Below, piece by piece: positions 41,461-64,000 of a stretch of DNA of 64,000 bases; within the stretch, counting starts at the first letter, position 1, and each line of letters starts with the position of its first letter. The position numbers and the translations under genes are program-made. The notes under the pieces are model-generated. The model worked only from the letters and a program-made list of their open reading frames with translations. It was not told the DNA's origin and searched no databases. Source of the stretch: the human T2T-CHM13v2.0 reference genome, Homo sapiens; NCBI RefSeq assembly GCF_009914755.1, contig NC_060934.1. One strand, written 5' to 3'.

Positions 41461-43489
41461 GTAAGTATCTGTGATCAAAACATTTTACCACTATTTAAAA
41501 TGGCATCTGGATTTCTATTTTATATCTCTTCTTTCTTTTCTTTCTTGAAATACTCTCAATATTTTAGAATCTTTTATTCTTTATGCCTATCTTGTTCAGA
41601 AGAAAATGGGTTCAGATTAGGTTAAAAATATAATGTCTGCTAAAAATACAGATTTTGCAAATGTCTAGGTATGCAAGTCTCTCCTAAGAAAGCCAAGTTA
41701 TTTAAAATGAAAGGAAGATTTCTTAGACTTGATGTTGAAATGAACAGGAAAACTTTTTATGCCAGTTAGAAAATGCCCTAAAGCTGTCTCCTAGCCTATT
41801 AGGTTCATGCTACTATGAAAATATTCTCATTCTTTATGGTTTCTGCTCACAGAATAAAAAAGATATACAGTGAAATAACAGAAGTAAAATGATTCAGGAT
41901 TAGTTTAATTTTGACCTTAAAGATGGTCAGTGAGCTGATTCCTTTGCAGGCATGCCCACTCCATTGGATGAGAAGACACCAAGGCTTTGGATGCAATATA
42001 TGCCTGACATCTGGAAAGCATGTTCAAATGAATAATAGTATGTCAAGGAAAAATGGCGGGTAATTTAATTAGTTAAAACACTATTCCTTAAGTTAAAGAG
42101 CTATGGGAATGTAAATTACAGCTTTGGCATATCTTAAAGTTCTTTGCCTGCACTTCTAAAAAGTGTTCTGTGAAAAAATTATTTGGGATATGTTGGCATT
42201 TGTGTTATAAAACAGTGGTCAAATAAGACAGGTAAATAAGACATACTTGATGTCTAACAAAAGCCTCTGAGTAATCCTAGAGTTAAAAAAAGTTAAATTA
42301 TTTTAATCTCAGCATTTTATAACTGATATTAAGCAGTACACAAATTTTAAGTACTATACATATTCATACCAAAAGCATGAGGCCTTTTGATTGAAGTTTA
42401 CTCGTTTTTGTGTTTTTAAAATAGAATAACAAAAAATCATGAGCTAACACCTTGAAGTTTACTTTGTCAAGGTTGAATCTGAATCATCATTACACATTTT
42501 AAGTCTTCGGTATTTATCATAAAGGAGCATGCTCTAGATACAGGTAGAAGAAATTGATAAACCTTAACTGCAGAGTTCACAAATCTGCAATGAACAATGT
42601 CATAGCCTTTCACTTTCCCTGCTCTGTGGAGGTAGTCTTCCCATAGCCTATTAAAACATCAGCTTTTGCATGGCAGCATAGGACTCCTAAATTCTTTAGA
42701 AATTATATAAGCGTATCTTTTCAATAATGAACATTCTGATATCTTTAGAAGACAAAATGATGACTCTCTGCCATTATATTAAACATAATAGATTTATCTT
42801 AATTTAAGCAAAATAACGTGTCTAAATAAAAATATAAACACAACATACAGGAAGCTTTGCTTGTTTTCTTCAACTCATAAAGTATTTCACAACATGCAAA
42901 TTCAGGAAGCAAGAATAGCCGTTGCATGAAATATTATTTTGCTTTCTTTTTTCTAGTCAAAAAGGCAAAAGGAGTACAGATAACTAACCCCTCAGCTTGA
43001 TGTCCCACTTAAATGATTCATTAGTAAATTAGAAAATTCTATTATTCCTGAAAATTGTTGTAGGGTAAAATCAAGACGTTTCTAAATATTTTCTTAACTA
43101 TAGAACTTTTTCTTTGCAAAGAATAGACTAGTCCTCAAGTCTCTAAGCTGTGGAAGAACAGTTACGTAGAAAAGTTAGAGCACAGACACCAGTGAAGTGC
43201 AACTAACACAATTATACATAATATGAAAGCATTGGAAGTAACAGATTCTGGAAGTTGGGGATGAGTAGTTTCATATCTTTCCATTATCCGTGGAAAGTAT
43301 CTCCTTATGTGGAGTCCTCATGGAAAGATCCCCTACAGAGGCAAGAGGTTCTCCTTACAAGTACAAAGGAAACTCAAGGCAACATTTGTTCTGAGCATAT
43401 ACACTACACACATGGACATGTAAGCCACATATAGAAAGTGACAAGCTTCTAATTAGGTAGTACAAAACTATATGGAATAAAGTATGCTG

Positions 43490-43905
43490 CTAGATATTCC
43501 CCCCAAGCCAAAATGTTTCCTCTTTCTAGGAACACAGATAGACGGTATTTCCCAGACTCTCTTTCAGTCAGCTAAAGTTTATGTAATATGAGCAGATGGT
43601 GCTATATGACACTTCCAGACCTGGCCATTAAAACTTTCCTGTGCTGCCTCACATTATTGCTCTCCGTGTTGACTGACAGCAGTCTAAAGAATCTAGGAAT
43701 CCATGTGTTAAAGACAACAGAGCTACTCACAGCATGAAGTCTCAAATGAGTGTGTTGAATATAGTTTCTTCATCCTTCCCACTCTCCTGCCCAGAAAACT
43801 GCAACCACAATATACCTTGCTGAGGGAAATCAAAACATTTCTATTATGTTGACAAATTATACATTTGGATCTATTTGTTACTGCAGCCTATCCTTGCCTA
43901 ACTAG
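43490..43905 (+). mobile_element. Old LTR (MLT1-like, MaLR/ERVL class)
   Basis: 'tatttcccagactctctttcagt...gagcagatggtg...cacttccagacctggcc...atttgttactgcagccta'. Confidence 0.6.
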
Positions 43906-44503
43906 CCCAACTCCTGCTATCTTCGTCTGGAATAGTAAAATTTAAACAATAACTTGCACCAGTTTAATGTATTTCAATGTATTAAAAAAAAGATATAAGA
44001 GAAAAAATCACTTGAAATCTAGGGGACTGTATTGGTATTATCTCCTTCATAAACTTCTCTATTGTGAGGGAAAAAATCGAGTACAATCTAATTACGCCCT
44101 TCATAAGCATTAAGAGGACATGAAACTTTGACTTTAGGAAAGCAATGGGGACAGAAAAACAAATGTCTTAGCCGGTCATATGAAATCTTACTAAAATTAC
44201 CAAATAGAAACAATAATAGGGCAGAAAGTACATTATAACTGCAACTAGAAATTGGTGACATCTACAGAAATTATATAGTTTTTGGATTAACTATGGGAAC
44301 TCCTCTGAACTGTAGCAGTGTTGCAAGAAAAGAAGTAAAAACCAGGCAAACACAGCGAATGCAGAATTAATTTTTGTTGTTAGTTCTGGAAAGCATAGAC
44401 AAGCCATGAGAGAAGTAGGAGTTTCCTCCCCATGAAGCCATGAGACATATAGCAAATTCTCCACAGAGGATAATGGACTAGGTATAGTACCAAAGGAACA
44501 GGG

Positions 44504-44544
44504 TAATGATGACAATGACAACGACAACAATGATGATGATGATT
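44504..44544. repeat. Degenerate (ATG/ACA)n trinucleotide repeat
   Basis: aatgatgacaatgacaacgacaacaatgatgatgatgat. Confidence 0.8.
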
Positions 44545-44824
44545 CAGAGAAAAAAGTGTGAGAAAATATGGGCTTTCCACTCTTGATGAAGTAATTTAAA
44601 ATGAGTAGAATTGTTAAAGTAAGGAAAAACATGAATTCATCAAAGAAAATTAAACGGTGTAACATTCAGAATATTGAATTTGTTATGTAAAGAAAAATTT
44701 AAGATGTTCTATAACAATGTAGAAGAAAAGTACAAGGACTTTAAACAAATTTCAGAGAAGTTGAAAAATGAGGAAGACAGATAATGGAGACAAAAAAGAC
44801 AGACCTTTGTGTCTTTAAATTGGC

Positions 44825-45095
44825 AAATTAAAGAGCACTAGAAGATCTAGGCTCAAATTGACTTCTGCCTCAATCACCTACATTTTCACACACAAAGCAA
44901 CAATATTGAGCAACGTACTTATCCTCTCTATACTTATCATCTCCTTTCAGATGATGCCCCAGTGTCATCATCTGAAAAATAGGTATAATATGAATCTCAT
45001 TTGCATATAATTGCTGTGAATATTAAATATAATAATACATATAAAGTGGTTAAAGCACTCTAGCTGTTGGTTCAGGCTCAATGCATACTCAATTT
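44825..45095 (+). mobile_element. MIR
   Basis: 'gaagatctaggctcaaat...ttgagcaacgtacttatcctctct...catctgaaaaataggtataat...ttgctgtgaatattaaat...catataaagtggtta'. Confidence 0.7.
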
Positions 45096-45517
45096 TATAT
45101 ATTATATATTAAATGCAATATTTGAAATTAAAATATTAAAAACATTTAAAAATTCAGATGTTTTATCAAAGGATAATCTTATTACCTTTTGAATCTGAGG
45201 TTTGAAGAGGCTTTTGTTGTAAAGGGCAACATTAACAAAATGTGATCAGTAACTGGATCGATTGCATTCAAATTTTTGGACAAAAATTTGTCCAAAAAGT
45301 GAATTTGAATTATCTAACACTAAAATCAATAAACAGTAAAAACTGCCATTTCTATAAAGCATCATCATTTTTCTTACCAACCATATCACAGGTAATAAAC
45401 AGAGTAATATCTGACTTTCAGAGCCTTCTACACCCTGTCCCAATTTTGGTTGATGATATTGTTATCAAATCTTAGTTAAATGAGAAGTAATAGAAGTGAG
45501 GTGGACATGCAAGAACT

Positions 45518-45590
45518 ATGTATGCATGCAAGTGCACACATATGCAGGCAGACACACACACGCACAGAGAGAGACACACACACAGACACT
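45518..45590. repeat. (CA)n/(GA)n compound microsatellite
   Basis: gacacacacacgcacagagagagacacacacac. Confidence 0.85.
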
Positions 45591-46859
45591 ATGTCCACCA
45601 TGTCATAGAGACAGATGTCCAGTTTTCAATTTTGTACAATTGCTTGGCTCTTAAACCCTTGGGGATTAGAAGAGGGATTAAGCCTCTTCCATCAGAGGGT
45701 TCATCTGGCAGATTTTCTCTGTCTTTAAATATTTTGTATCTTAAATATTTACTTATGTAAGATTTTAGTTTTTTTCTTTATTTTTACAAAAGCTTGCAAA
45801 AGGTGTCCTGTCTTAATGTTAGTTAGAAGAGCTTTTTTTCCAAAACTTGTATAGCTAAGGGGAAATTTCAAAAGAATGACTCATAAAGTACTAACTCAAT
45901 ACATTTTATTTATTTTAGATTTGTCTGATACTCATATATTAGTACTCTGGTAAAACAAATGTTTAAAGTGAAAATTCCTAATAAATATTTAAGGAACTAT
46001 TTTGATTAACTATTAGGTGTATGGGAAATTATACTCTCTCAGTATTGTCCTGTAAAGGATGGGTTGATTTTTAGAAGATGGAAAAGGTTAAACTAATGAA
46101 TGATTCAGACAGTCTTTCATCCTACATTAGAAGTGAATTAATTTCTTTAAAAAACGAACGATCTTCTTCAGTTGTTAAATGTGTAAATTTCATTTCAACA
46201 TGCACAGTTCTCAATCTATTTAAAGACTGATATTTCAGAGATGAAATATAAATTGCAGAAACTAATCAGGTTTAGAAATTCTGAGCTCTTGGTTGTGGTT
46301 ACTGCTGTGACACACTAGCAAGAGCACATCTCAGCCTGATTATAAGATCAGAGGAAGAAATAGCATTTGGAGCAAATAGTTTCCACATAAATAGGAGATG
46401 TGATTTTGTTAGGAATTATGGAAAACAAGGTGAGAACTCTGAAAGATAATTCTTTGAACAGACTACTTGCGATCTTAAATAGAATGTCACATTTATCATA
46501 TTTTAAAAGGGCTGATTATAGAATTGCAAAGAAGGTAGGATTTAACTTAACTATCTTACTCTTTTTTCAAAATTTTACAGATTTTATAATATAGTATACA
46601 TTATTAAATATTTATTTCAGAGAAAACACAAGTGCTTTTATTAGTTCTGCTTTTGTGTTTTTTTTTATAGCCCGTTCCCTTGGGGTTTTTCGACTTGGTT
46701 GTATTAAAAAAAGCAGGCATGTTAATGTTTAGTAAATTTTTGTTAAGTGTCTTTTCATAGGTCTCCAAAGTCATAGGAACTGGAAATAATAATCATAATA
46801 ATAAAAGTGAAAAAACAGCCTGTGCATTTATATTGCACTATATAATTGAAAAATTGTTT

Positions 46860-47010
46860 TCACTATTGTTATGACATTTAGTCTTAGTTAAACCTTAAGA
46901 TAACACTATAAGGAAGATATTTCCCCATCCACAATTGAAGAAACTGAGACCCAGTACAACTGAATAACACTCACTGGAGAGGGCCAAAGCCAGGGAAAGA
47001 ATCCCAACCT
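46860..47010 (-). mobile_element. MIR
   Basis: 'ttccccatccacaattgaagaaactgagaccc...gccaaagccaggga'. Confidence 0.6.
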
Positions 47011-48369
47011 TTCTGAGGCTAAGAATTGAATTAATAAAATTCTACAATAGCTGTGCAATTAGGATAAAATAACAACAAGCAACAAAGGCATTTTGGTGAA
47101 AATAGATAAATTAATTCTTCATTGCCTTTTAATCCCTATTTGCCCCACCATGTTTAGTTTCAAGTTCTACCAAAGGAAATAAGAATATAGAGGTCACCTA
47201 CCATCAATCAGACTTTGGAATGGACCATTTCAGAGTAACACTTTAAGAATATTACCATTCCCAAATCTGTAGGATTAGAGACATTTCTTTACTTACTCAA
47301 GTGCACAAAGCAATTAATAATAGAGCCAGTAGAACTTAAATCTATCTGATTATATCAGAACTTGTAATAGCCCTCACTCCAAGTAACATGTAGTTTTCTG
47401 GCATCTACCACATGCCAAAAATAACTGCTGTGTAGAAATGCCAGTATGATTATTCTCACTACCCCAACAGATAGCATCTTTTGAAAATAAATAATATCGA
47501 CACTAAACCAAATCTGGTGGAGATTCTTCTTGAGTTTAAGAATTTAGATGGAGGATGCCAATCTGGATGGTCCAGCTATTTAATCCTCTTTAGTTCACTT
47601 TTTTAATAGTAAGAACTAAATAGGTTAGTTTTGAGCAAATGTTTGATAGTTTTGACAACTACTAAAAATTTCTCTGGTCTCTATCCAGTTCCAATATAAT
47701 CACCATATATATAAAGTATAAGACTTAAAATGAAGAAAAAATAAACTGTGAATCACAATCTATCCTGCAAATATATTAGGTTCTTGACTTCTACATTTAC
47801 AGAATATCCCCAAAATAGTAAATGTTTAAATTCAGAAAACTAATTTTTGAATTCTAGCTTCAGCTAGATATGACCTTAAGAAAGCTATTTAATCTCTCTA
47901 TGATGTAGTTTCCACATTTTCAAAAGTGGATTAAAATTTCAGATATAAAAATCAATTTCCAGTGACCTCTTCAAGAAAGACCAACTATTGGTTAATTATG
48001 TAGAACCAATAATAAAAAAATTTCAAACTATGTAAGACAAGAGGAAATAAGTCAACTCAGAATTCTTACTCTAATAATAGAAATAACTTTGGGATAATTA
48101 ACTTGCAGTAATACTATCAAACTGTCAAAACATATCCAGATCTATCTTATGAAATCTTACTCACTTATGATCTGGAGAAGGTAATTTCTTTTCAACTATG
48201 TACAGTCTGCCCCCTGTAAAATGAAGCAGATATAAAATGAGGGACTTGGTGAATTATATGGTTTTTTCCAAAATATAATAATTTTTTACACAAAGATCCT
48301 AATTTGCCTCTTATCAGTTTATCTAAACCCCTTAGAGGGATTTCTTTCCATTTACATCCTATTTTAAGT

Positions 48370-48670
<301 letters not shown>

Positions 48671-49410
48671 CTCACCCAAAGTTAATAGTAGCTTACTTGA
48701 TGTTACATAAACTAAATAGCCCAATGAGTTTAGAGTTAATGTGAAATAATTCATTATAGAATTTCCTTGTGATCAGTGCCTGAAAAGATTTTTATTAAAT
48801 GATGAAATGCAATTAATTATTAAATGAGTATTTGATCTCACTAATTACCATAGAGATAGAGATAATCAATATGCAAAAGAAAAATAAAATTACTGCAGCT
48901 ACCTTCTTATCAGAATGAACCATTTTGATTACCCCCAACTATCTTCTCCAATTAGCTCAACACTTTCAAGAAGTAGAACAATTTTCTCCCTTTGTATAAC
49001 CAGAAAATTGGACCTATTATTATTTCATTACTGTACCATTAGTGACTGTCAAAATTTTTAGTTTAGCATAAAATAGTATGAATATAAATTCACTACTGAA
49101 GTTCCCAACTGCAGAGTAAATTCCTTTAACAGAGGGGTATTTAGAAAGGTGGGCAGAATTTCAATAAAATAAATAAAGCATAAGAAATATACAAATTCTC
49201 ACTATTTTCCAAAAAAAAAGGAGAGTTCTTGATTGATCTCCAAAAAAAATGGACAAATTTATGAACAATAAATGCATGTGAACTAGAAATTGTCTTTCAT
49301 TTAAGGGGAGCAATGTAACACTTACATAATAAATTATAAACTCTCTAATCTTTACAGCCTACAGTTAGGTTCTAGAATATAGGCTTTATGAGGTGGAGGT
49401 GATACAACAT

Positions 49411-49704
49411 TTTTTTTTTTTTTGAGACGGAGTCTCGCTCTATCGCCCAGGCTGGAGTGCAGTGGCACAATCTTGGCTCACTGCAAGCTCTGCCTCCCGG
49501 GTTCACGCCATTCTCCTGCCTCAGCCTCCTGAGTAGCTGGGACTACAGGTGCCCACCACCACACCCGGCTAATTTTTTGTATTTTTAGTAGAGACGGGAT
49601 TTCACCGTGTTAGCCAGGATAGTCTCGATCTCCTGATCTTGTGATCTGCCCACCTCGGCCTCCCAAAGTGCTGGGATTACAGGTGTGAGCCACCACGTCT
49701 GGCC
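49411..49704 (-). mobile_element. AluY
   Basis: caagctctgcctcccgggttcacgccattctc; ccgtgttagccaggat; TSD atacaacat(t)n at 49402 / 49706. Confidence 0.95.
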
Positions 49705-50231
49705 AATACAACATTTTTTTTTAATCAACAGCTCCTAAGCTCAGCCAACAGTACAGACAAGTAATAAGACATGAATTCTTATTTATTGGTTTAGATTCTT
49801 TATTAGGTAGAGACTTAAATGATAACTGAATAAATGACTGAATGTGTATCCCACCCAAATGGACCAGGTTCCTCCGCAGATTCAAATGCTGAAGTGTCCA
49901 TATTAAGATATACGGAAGAGAGTTCAGGGCCTCCTTCTGTTAGTGTTATGGGATTCTTACTCCTACTCACAACTGTTAGAGTCACCCTCTAAGAGTCAGA
50001 GTAACTTTTCCTTTCTTCTGTTTTCTGTAAAGGATAGAGTGAGGTTCCCTTTACTTGTTTTGGATTTCTCTTGGTTAATTCAGTCCTGGGTTTTCTTGTT
50101 CTCCCCACACACTACCCTGAAAATGGGCAAAAGTAGAAAGAAGATGACCCCATGCATCAGCTTGACTTCCTCACCCTTGAATATCTGGTATACAAGTACA
50201 CTTCATACACAAGGATAGCAATGATTCCAAT

Positions 50232-50418
50232 TTCTTTTTTTCTTATTATTATTTTGTGTAGAGACAGGGTCTTGCCCTATTGACCAGGCTGGAGTGCAGT
50301 GGCTATTCACTGACATGAATATAGCCCACTGCAGCCTCAAACTCCTGGCCTCATGCAATCCTCCCACCTCAGCCTCTCAAGTAGTTGGGACTACAGGTAC
50401 GCGCCACCATGCTTGGCT
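50232..50418 (-). mobile_element. AluJ right arm / FRAM-like monomer
   Basis: gagacagggtcttg...actgcagcctcaaactcctggcctca...gcgccaccatgcttggct, one arm only. Confidence 0.85.
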
Positions 50419-50599
50419 GGCTCCACATTCAAATATGAAACTACTTTTAAAATAATTGTTAGTTTATGTTCTTATGAAACTACCAAATTCTGTGTCTCAT
50501 GAGTGTCATGATGATATTTTTACATGAGTAACAAGAGTTCCCACTAAATTAGCCTTTCAAACATACTCTAGAAAGCAGCCACTTGCTGCTATAATATTC

Positions 50600-51065
50600 A
50601 GATGACCAGTTTATTTATTGAATCTAACATCAAAATAACACATTATAGCTTAAATAAGCAGAAGTTTGTTTCTTCCCCATACATCAGTACAAGCCTAAGA
50701 ATCCAGGGCTGTCACTGCAGATCCAGGCTCCTTCTGGTTTGCTGTTCTGCCATCTTAAACATGTGGATTTCATCTCACAGTCTAAAATTGTTGCTTCAGT
50801 TCATGTCATCATAACATTCTTCCTAAACAGGGAACGGAGAGCAAGGCAAGTGAATTATATATATGTTCTTTAAAGGCAGGGCCAAGAAATGGTACTCACT
50901 GTGTATGCTCAAAGTCTTTTGGTAGAAACTTAACTGTATAGCCATATGTAACATCAGGAAATGGAGGGTAATGAAGTCTTCAGTTGAATGGTCATGTTCT
51001 ATTGAAGGTTCTATTACAAAGGAAGAAGGGGAGAGAAAGTGAGTACTAATTGGCATTATCTGTCA
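50600..51065 (-). mobile_element. MaLR MLT1 (J/K-like) LTR
   Basis: 'agcttaaataagcagaagtttgtttctt...gatccaggctccttct..ttgctgttctgccatc...ggttctattacaaaggaagaagggg'. Confidence 0.65.
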
Positions 51066-52728
51066 TAATCACCTTTTAATCTTTTAAGTAGGTTACCTTT
51101 TAATCTACCCCAGAGCAGGAAAAATGGGCAACAAGGGTCTTTGCCCTTTTATTATGATGAAGGTACAGAAAGTAATGCTGGAGTTTCTAATGTCATAGGT
51201 CAGTAATACAGCTTCCATACATTTCCACCCTTAGTAAGCAGTTTAGTACCCATAACCATGTGAGGGAATTATAAGATCACACCTGAATAAGTACATACTT
51301 ATAAGTACATAATACACAACCGCCTAAAGTGTATCACTGAAAGTCATATTAAGTAAATAGTATCATAGTTTATGAATGGGGCATCTGGTCTCGTTGTCAA
51401 GGAGACTGAGTAATGAATACCACAGATTTCTTTTCCCTATCATATCTGATAGAATGCACCTCCCAGGCCTTCCTAGACCCCACATTAGCAGTAAGTTACA
51501 GATTCTCAGAGGTTTTCTCTATCACATCCTGAACAAGGTAAAAGACAGCTGGCTTTAGCTCTGTTTCAGCATCCATGGTTCCTACGCTACTTGCTTGTCA
51601 ACAGTTTGTCCTAGTGTTACTCTGATACTGACAAGTCAAATTGATGGGTAGTTTAGATATCTAGGCATAGTTTTATCAAAATTATTGTAAGTGCTCATTT
51701 AGCCTGAAATAAATATTTAATTATCTTTCATGGAACAGGGCATGTGAATGAGAGAAGGCAGAAAATTAGGAAGAATCTGTTGCCATATTCTATCAGAAAT
51801 TTATGTCCCACCTGTTTTCAGAAGTGTGGTGGAAGTGACACTTGTATGTTGTTGTAGCTATGTATGTCTTCCAGATGATACAGTACCTTAAGTATTCTCT
51901 CTTCTTGCATTTTCAAAACTCATCACAAACAAGATTATCTAAAGCAGCTGTTTTCTTAGGCTGTCTGGGGCTCCTAAAAAGCTTATATCCCAATCTGAGT
52001 AAAAAAATAAAGGGTGTAGTTTGAAATGGATGCACCACCCAGCTTAAATTAAACTACTAAATCCATAGGATATGCTATCCAGGAACCATACTATTAGTTT
52101 TAGGCTTTAGTACATTCTCTTTCTTTTTATCTTACTTCTAGTTCTATTCCTGGGACCCAGACTAAACTACAGGCATTTTCAGAAAACATAAGCTGGCTTG
52201 ATGAATGTCAGTTCAGATTTCCTGAATGGCCATCAAACAAAGAAAGGGTAACCCAGGAGCAGAGACTATAAAATATACCACTTCCCTGGGATAGCAACAA
52301 AGGTTTATAAACCTCTGTAGAATCATCTATATGCCAGGAAGGCATAGGAGTCCCAGATAGCCAAGCCAGCTACATATTCTGCCCGTGCTATTATTTTTTT
52401 CTAAATAATTAATATATTTAATTATTTGCTGTTTTGACATACATGTAGAGAATTCTTCTAATATTTAGTCTTCCAGCGATTTGATGTGCCCTCCTCTAAT
52501 GATCTTCTCTTTTACCCTATCTCAGGCACTAATTCCTTTAGTTACCTTAATAGCCAGCAACAGTAGTCACCAATGCCAGAAACCATGCACATGCCCTGTT
52601 CTCTTTCAACACCTTTCTCTAGTGACATGCAAATTCCACATGGGTGTTACAAAACCAGAAGGAAGGGCAAAGGCAACACGGAAATAGTGACTTAGAACTG
52701 AGTAGTAAATGAGAAAATAGTACTTAAT

Positions 52729-58868
<6,140 letters not shown>

Positions 58869-59449
58869 AATAGTACTTAATTTTTTAGGAAAAAAGAAAA
58901 AAGCAACTGACTGAGACTAATATAACTGAAGGTGTTGACATTAAAGTTTTCACTGCCATGTAGAAATGAAAACTCGTGAAAAAAATTGAACTCTGTTAGA
59001 AAAATAGTTTCTCTTGATTACACACCTGTTTTGTGATTATTTTTCATGTTATGAATTATATCATCTAAATTAGCTAATTGGACCAAACAATCCATATTCC
59101 TAACTACTTTTCCTGTCAGCTCATGATGACTAACAGTAGGTGGCATTCTCTCAAACTGGAAAAAAAAGAGGAAGAACAACAACAAAAAAGAAATCCTAAT
59201 GGACTAATGCAGGCATTATTCATCATTAGCCATCAGTATGTATGACAATTCAGTCCTTGAACCTGACATTATATCATCAAGTCCCTACAAACCACACAGG
59301 GAATCCTGAAATCAGGGCAGAAGTTGTGGGTTCAATATGTGTCCAGTCCAATTATCCACAGATAATCAATTTTTTTCCAAATTAATTTATCCAAATCGAG
59401 AATCCTCATAGAATCTGAGACTTAGATATAATGTCATTTAGTAATTGTT

Positions 59450-62522
<3,073 letters not shown>

Positions 62523-62639
62523 GTTAAAAAAACAAGAAAATATCTTAATTCTAGTTCATGGATTCCCTTTTAATTTTTAATTTCCTTTTCTTGGACATTA
62601 GGAAATGATTAAAATAAAAGTTATCTCAATTTTTTCCAT

Positions 62640-63070
62640 AGCTAAATTAATCAGGACACATGCTGTAGAAAAGTGGCAAAAATACAACTCAAATAAACTT
62701 GAACTTAAAAAAATACATATATTGGCCACTGTAAGTGGGAAGCTTCTGGAGGAGGTGTAGGAAGTGGTTTCAAACAAATCTCCATCCAGTGTTTCAAATA
62801 AAGTTACTAAGTTTCTCTTTTACTCTCAATTGCTTGAATCTGTTTCCTTCTAAAGGCTGACCTGCTTCTTTCCTAGGACATATGGGCTTCCTTCATGTGT
62901 CCAGAGAAGTTGGCTCTGAAAGCCCCAAATTCACATCCTGCCAGCATTATGTCTCCCAGGCAGGAAATAGCCTTCCCATTAGCACTTTCAGAAATGTCTT
63001 GCAAAGGGCTCTGGTTCACCAAATGAGAATTGCTGCTTACCTGTGGGTTGGTGGTAGTACACCACAACTC
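62640..63070 (-). mobile_element. Old MaLR MLT1 (K/L-like) LTR fragment
   Basis: 'aaatacaactcaaataaacttgaac..aaaaa...tattggccactgtaa...atccagtgtttcaaat'. Confidence 0.5.
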
Positions 63071-63704
63071 ATAACTGTGCCAGGAATATAGATTTAGAGA
63101 GAAGGGATGCCAAATAAATAACATATTACTTTACATCATATGTCTTTCCCTTTTCTTCCTACTCTGATGGTACAAATCTGTTTAGAAGACATGTGTAGGG
63201 ACAAAGACAAGAAAGGAGGATTCACTGGAATTCATAACTTTCAGGACAATGTCTGGGAACAGTGGAACTTCTATGACTAATGTTTATAAATTCCAGGTTA
63301 AGTATACTTTATTCCATTTTAATCTTAATAAATATTTTTAAAATAATGGTTAGTTTTATAGAAATTAATGAATAAAATAATATTTTTAAGGCAATTGGGG
63401 TTTAGCTATTTACATTATAATTTCAATTAGCTGTTCATATGTTTTTATTTATCCATTAAATCATTAATTTATGTGATCATCAGATAAAGAACATTTTTCT
63501 TGCCTACTACATATAATAGTAGGAACTATGCAAGTACTGGAAATGCAAATATTAATAAAGTATGTATAATATAACTGAACATAAATACCTGGATACATTT
63601 GAAAACTTCACTTATGTAAGCAGTGTGCTAAAGTCGTGATGATAGTAGATAGAACATGTATTTAGAAATCTCGTTTATGCTTCCTAAAAATTATCATAAG
63701 TTAC

Positions 63705-63900
63705 ATTTATAGACAGCTAACTCTGCGCCAGTCACTCTGTTTAGCATGTTATAAATTATTTCATTTAATCCTTACAATCCTATGTGGAGGTACTATTATT
63801 ACCTCTGTGTTACAGTTGGAAACTGATAAAAACCTAGGAAGCTGAGCTATAGGTCTCAAGGTTAGGAAGAAGTGAAGTTAGGACTTGAATATAGCAACAT
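63705..63900 (-). mobile_element. MIR
   Basis: 'tcatttaatccttacaatcctatgtggaggtactattattacc...ttacagttggaaactga'. Confidence 0.8.
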
Positions 63901-63950
63901 TATTTCAGAGGTAAAATTTTTCAACAACTCTGCATTATCTTAGCAATGTT

Positions 63951-64000
63951 CTTTTATTTTTTTTTGAGACAGAGTGTCTCTCTGTAGTCCAAGCTGGAGT
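63951..64000 (-). mobile_element. Alu 3' end, cut by the window edge
   Basis: Poly-T followed by gagacagagtgtctctctgtagtccaagctggagt. Confidence 0.9.

Noticed and set aside
44291-44665. Overlapping poly-Ser and poly-His/Cys ORFs
   Set aside because: Produced by the (ATG/ACA)n simple repeat; no exon structure or domain.

Overview
This is AT-rich, gene-poor, repeat-dense primate DNA; an AluYa5 insertion points to human. I find no credible cellular protein-coding gene: the ORF track reduces to broken L1 ORF1/ORF2 pieces, Alu read-throughs and low-complexity ORFs. Contents in order: (1) 3.6-13.5 kb, an old L1PA13-16-type element split by a rearranged L1PB-type mosaic. The mosaic carries repeated ORF2 segments, an inverted insert that appears copied from nearby sequence, and an ATCATGGACT(AT)n minisatellite. 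(2) 18.4-19.3 kb, a TSD-flanked retrocopy consisting only of the KLF4 3'UTR (minus strand, no CDS; recognised from memory). (3) 26-40 kb, a three-level L1 nest plus AluYa5. (4) 52.7-58.9 kb, a full-length L1PA6/7-type element with an open ORF0-like antisense frame. (5) About 12 Alus, L2, MIR, MaLR/MER21 LTRs, Tigger1 and MER20. (6) Three + strand candidate non-coding exons suggesting a spliced lncRNA. I see no convincing wholly new biological system. The best leads are the KLF4 3'UTR-only retrocopy and the mosaic L1 with its templated insertion and minisatellite. Repeat subfamily names come from remembered consensus sequences and need RepeatMasker/Dfam confirmation.
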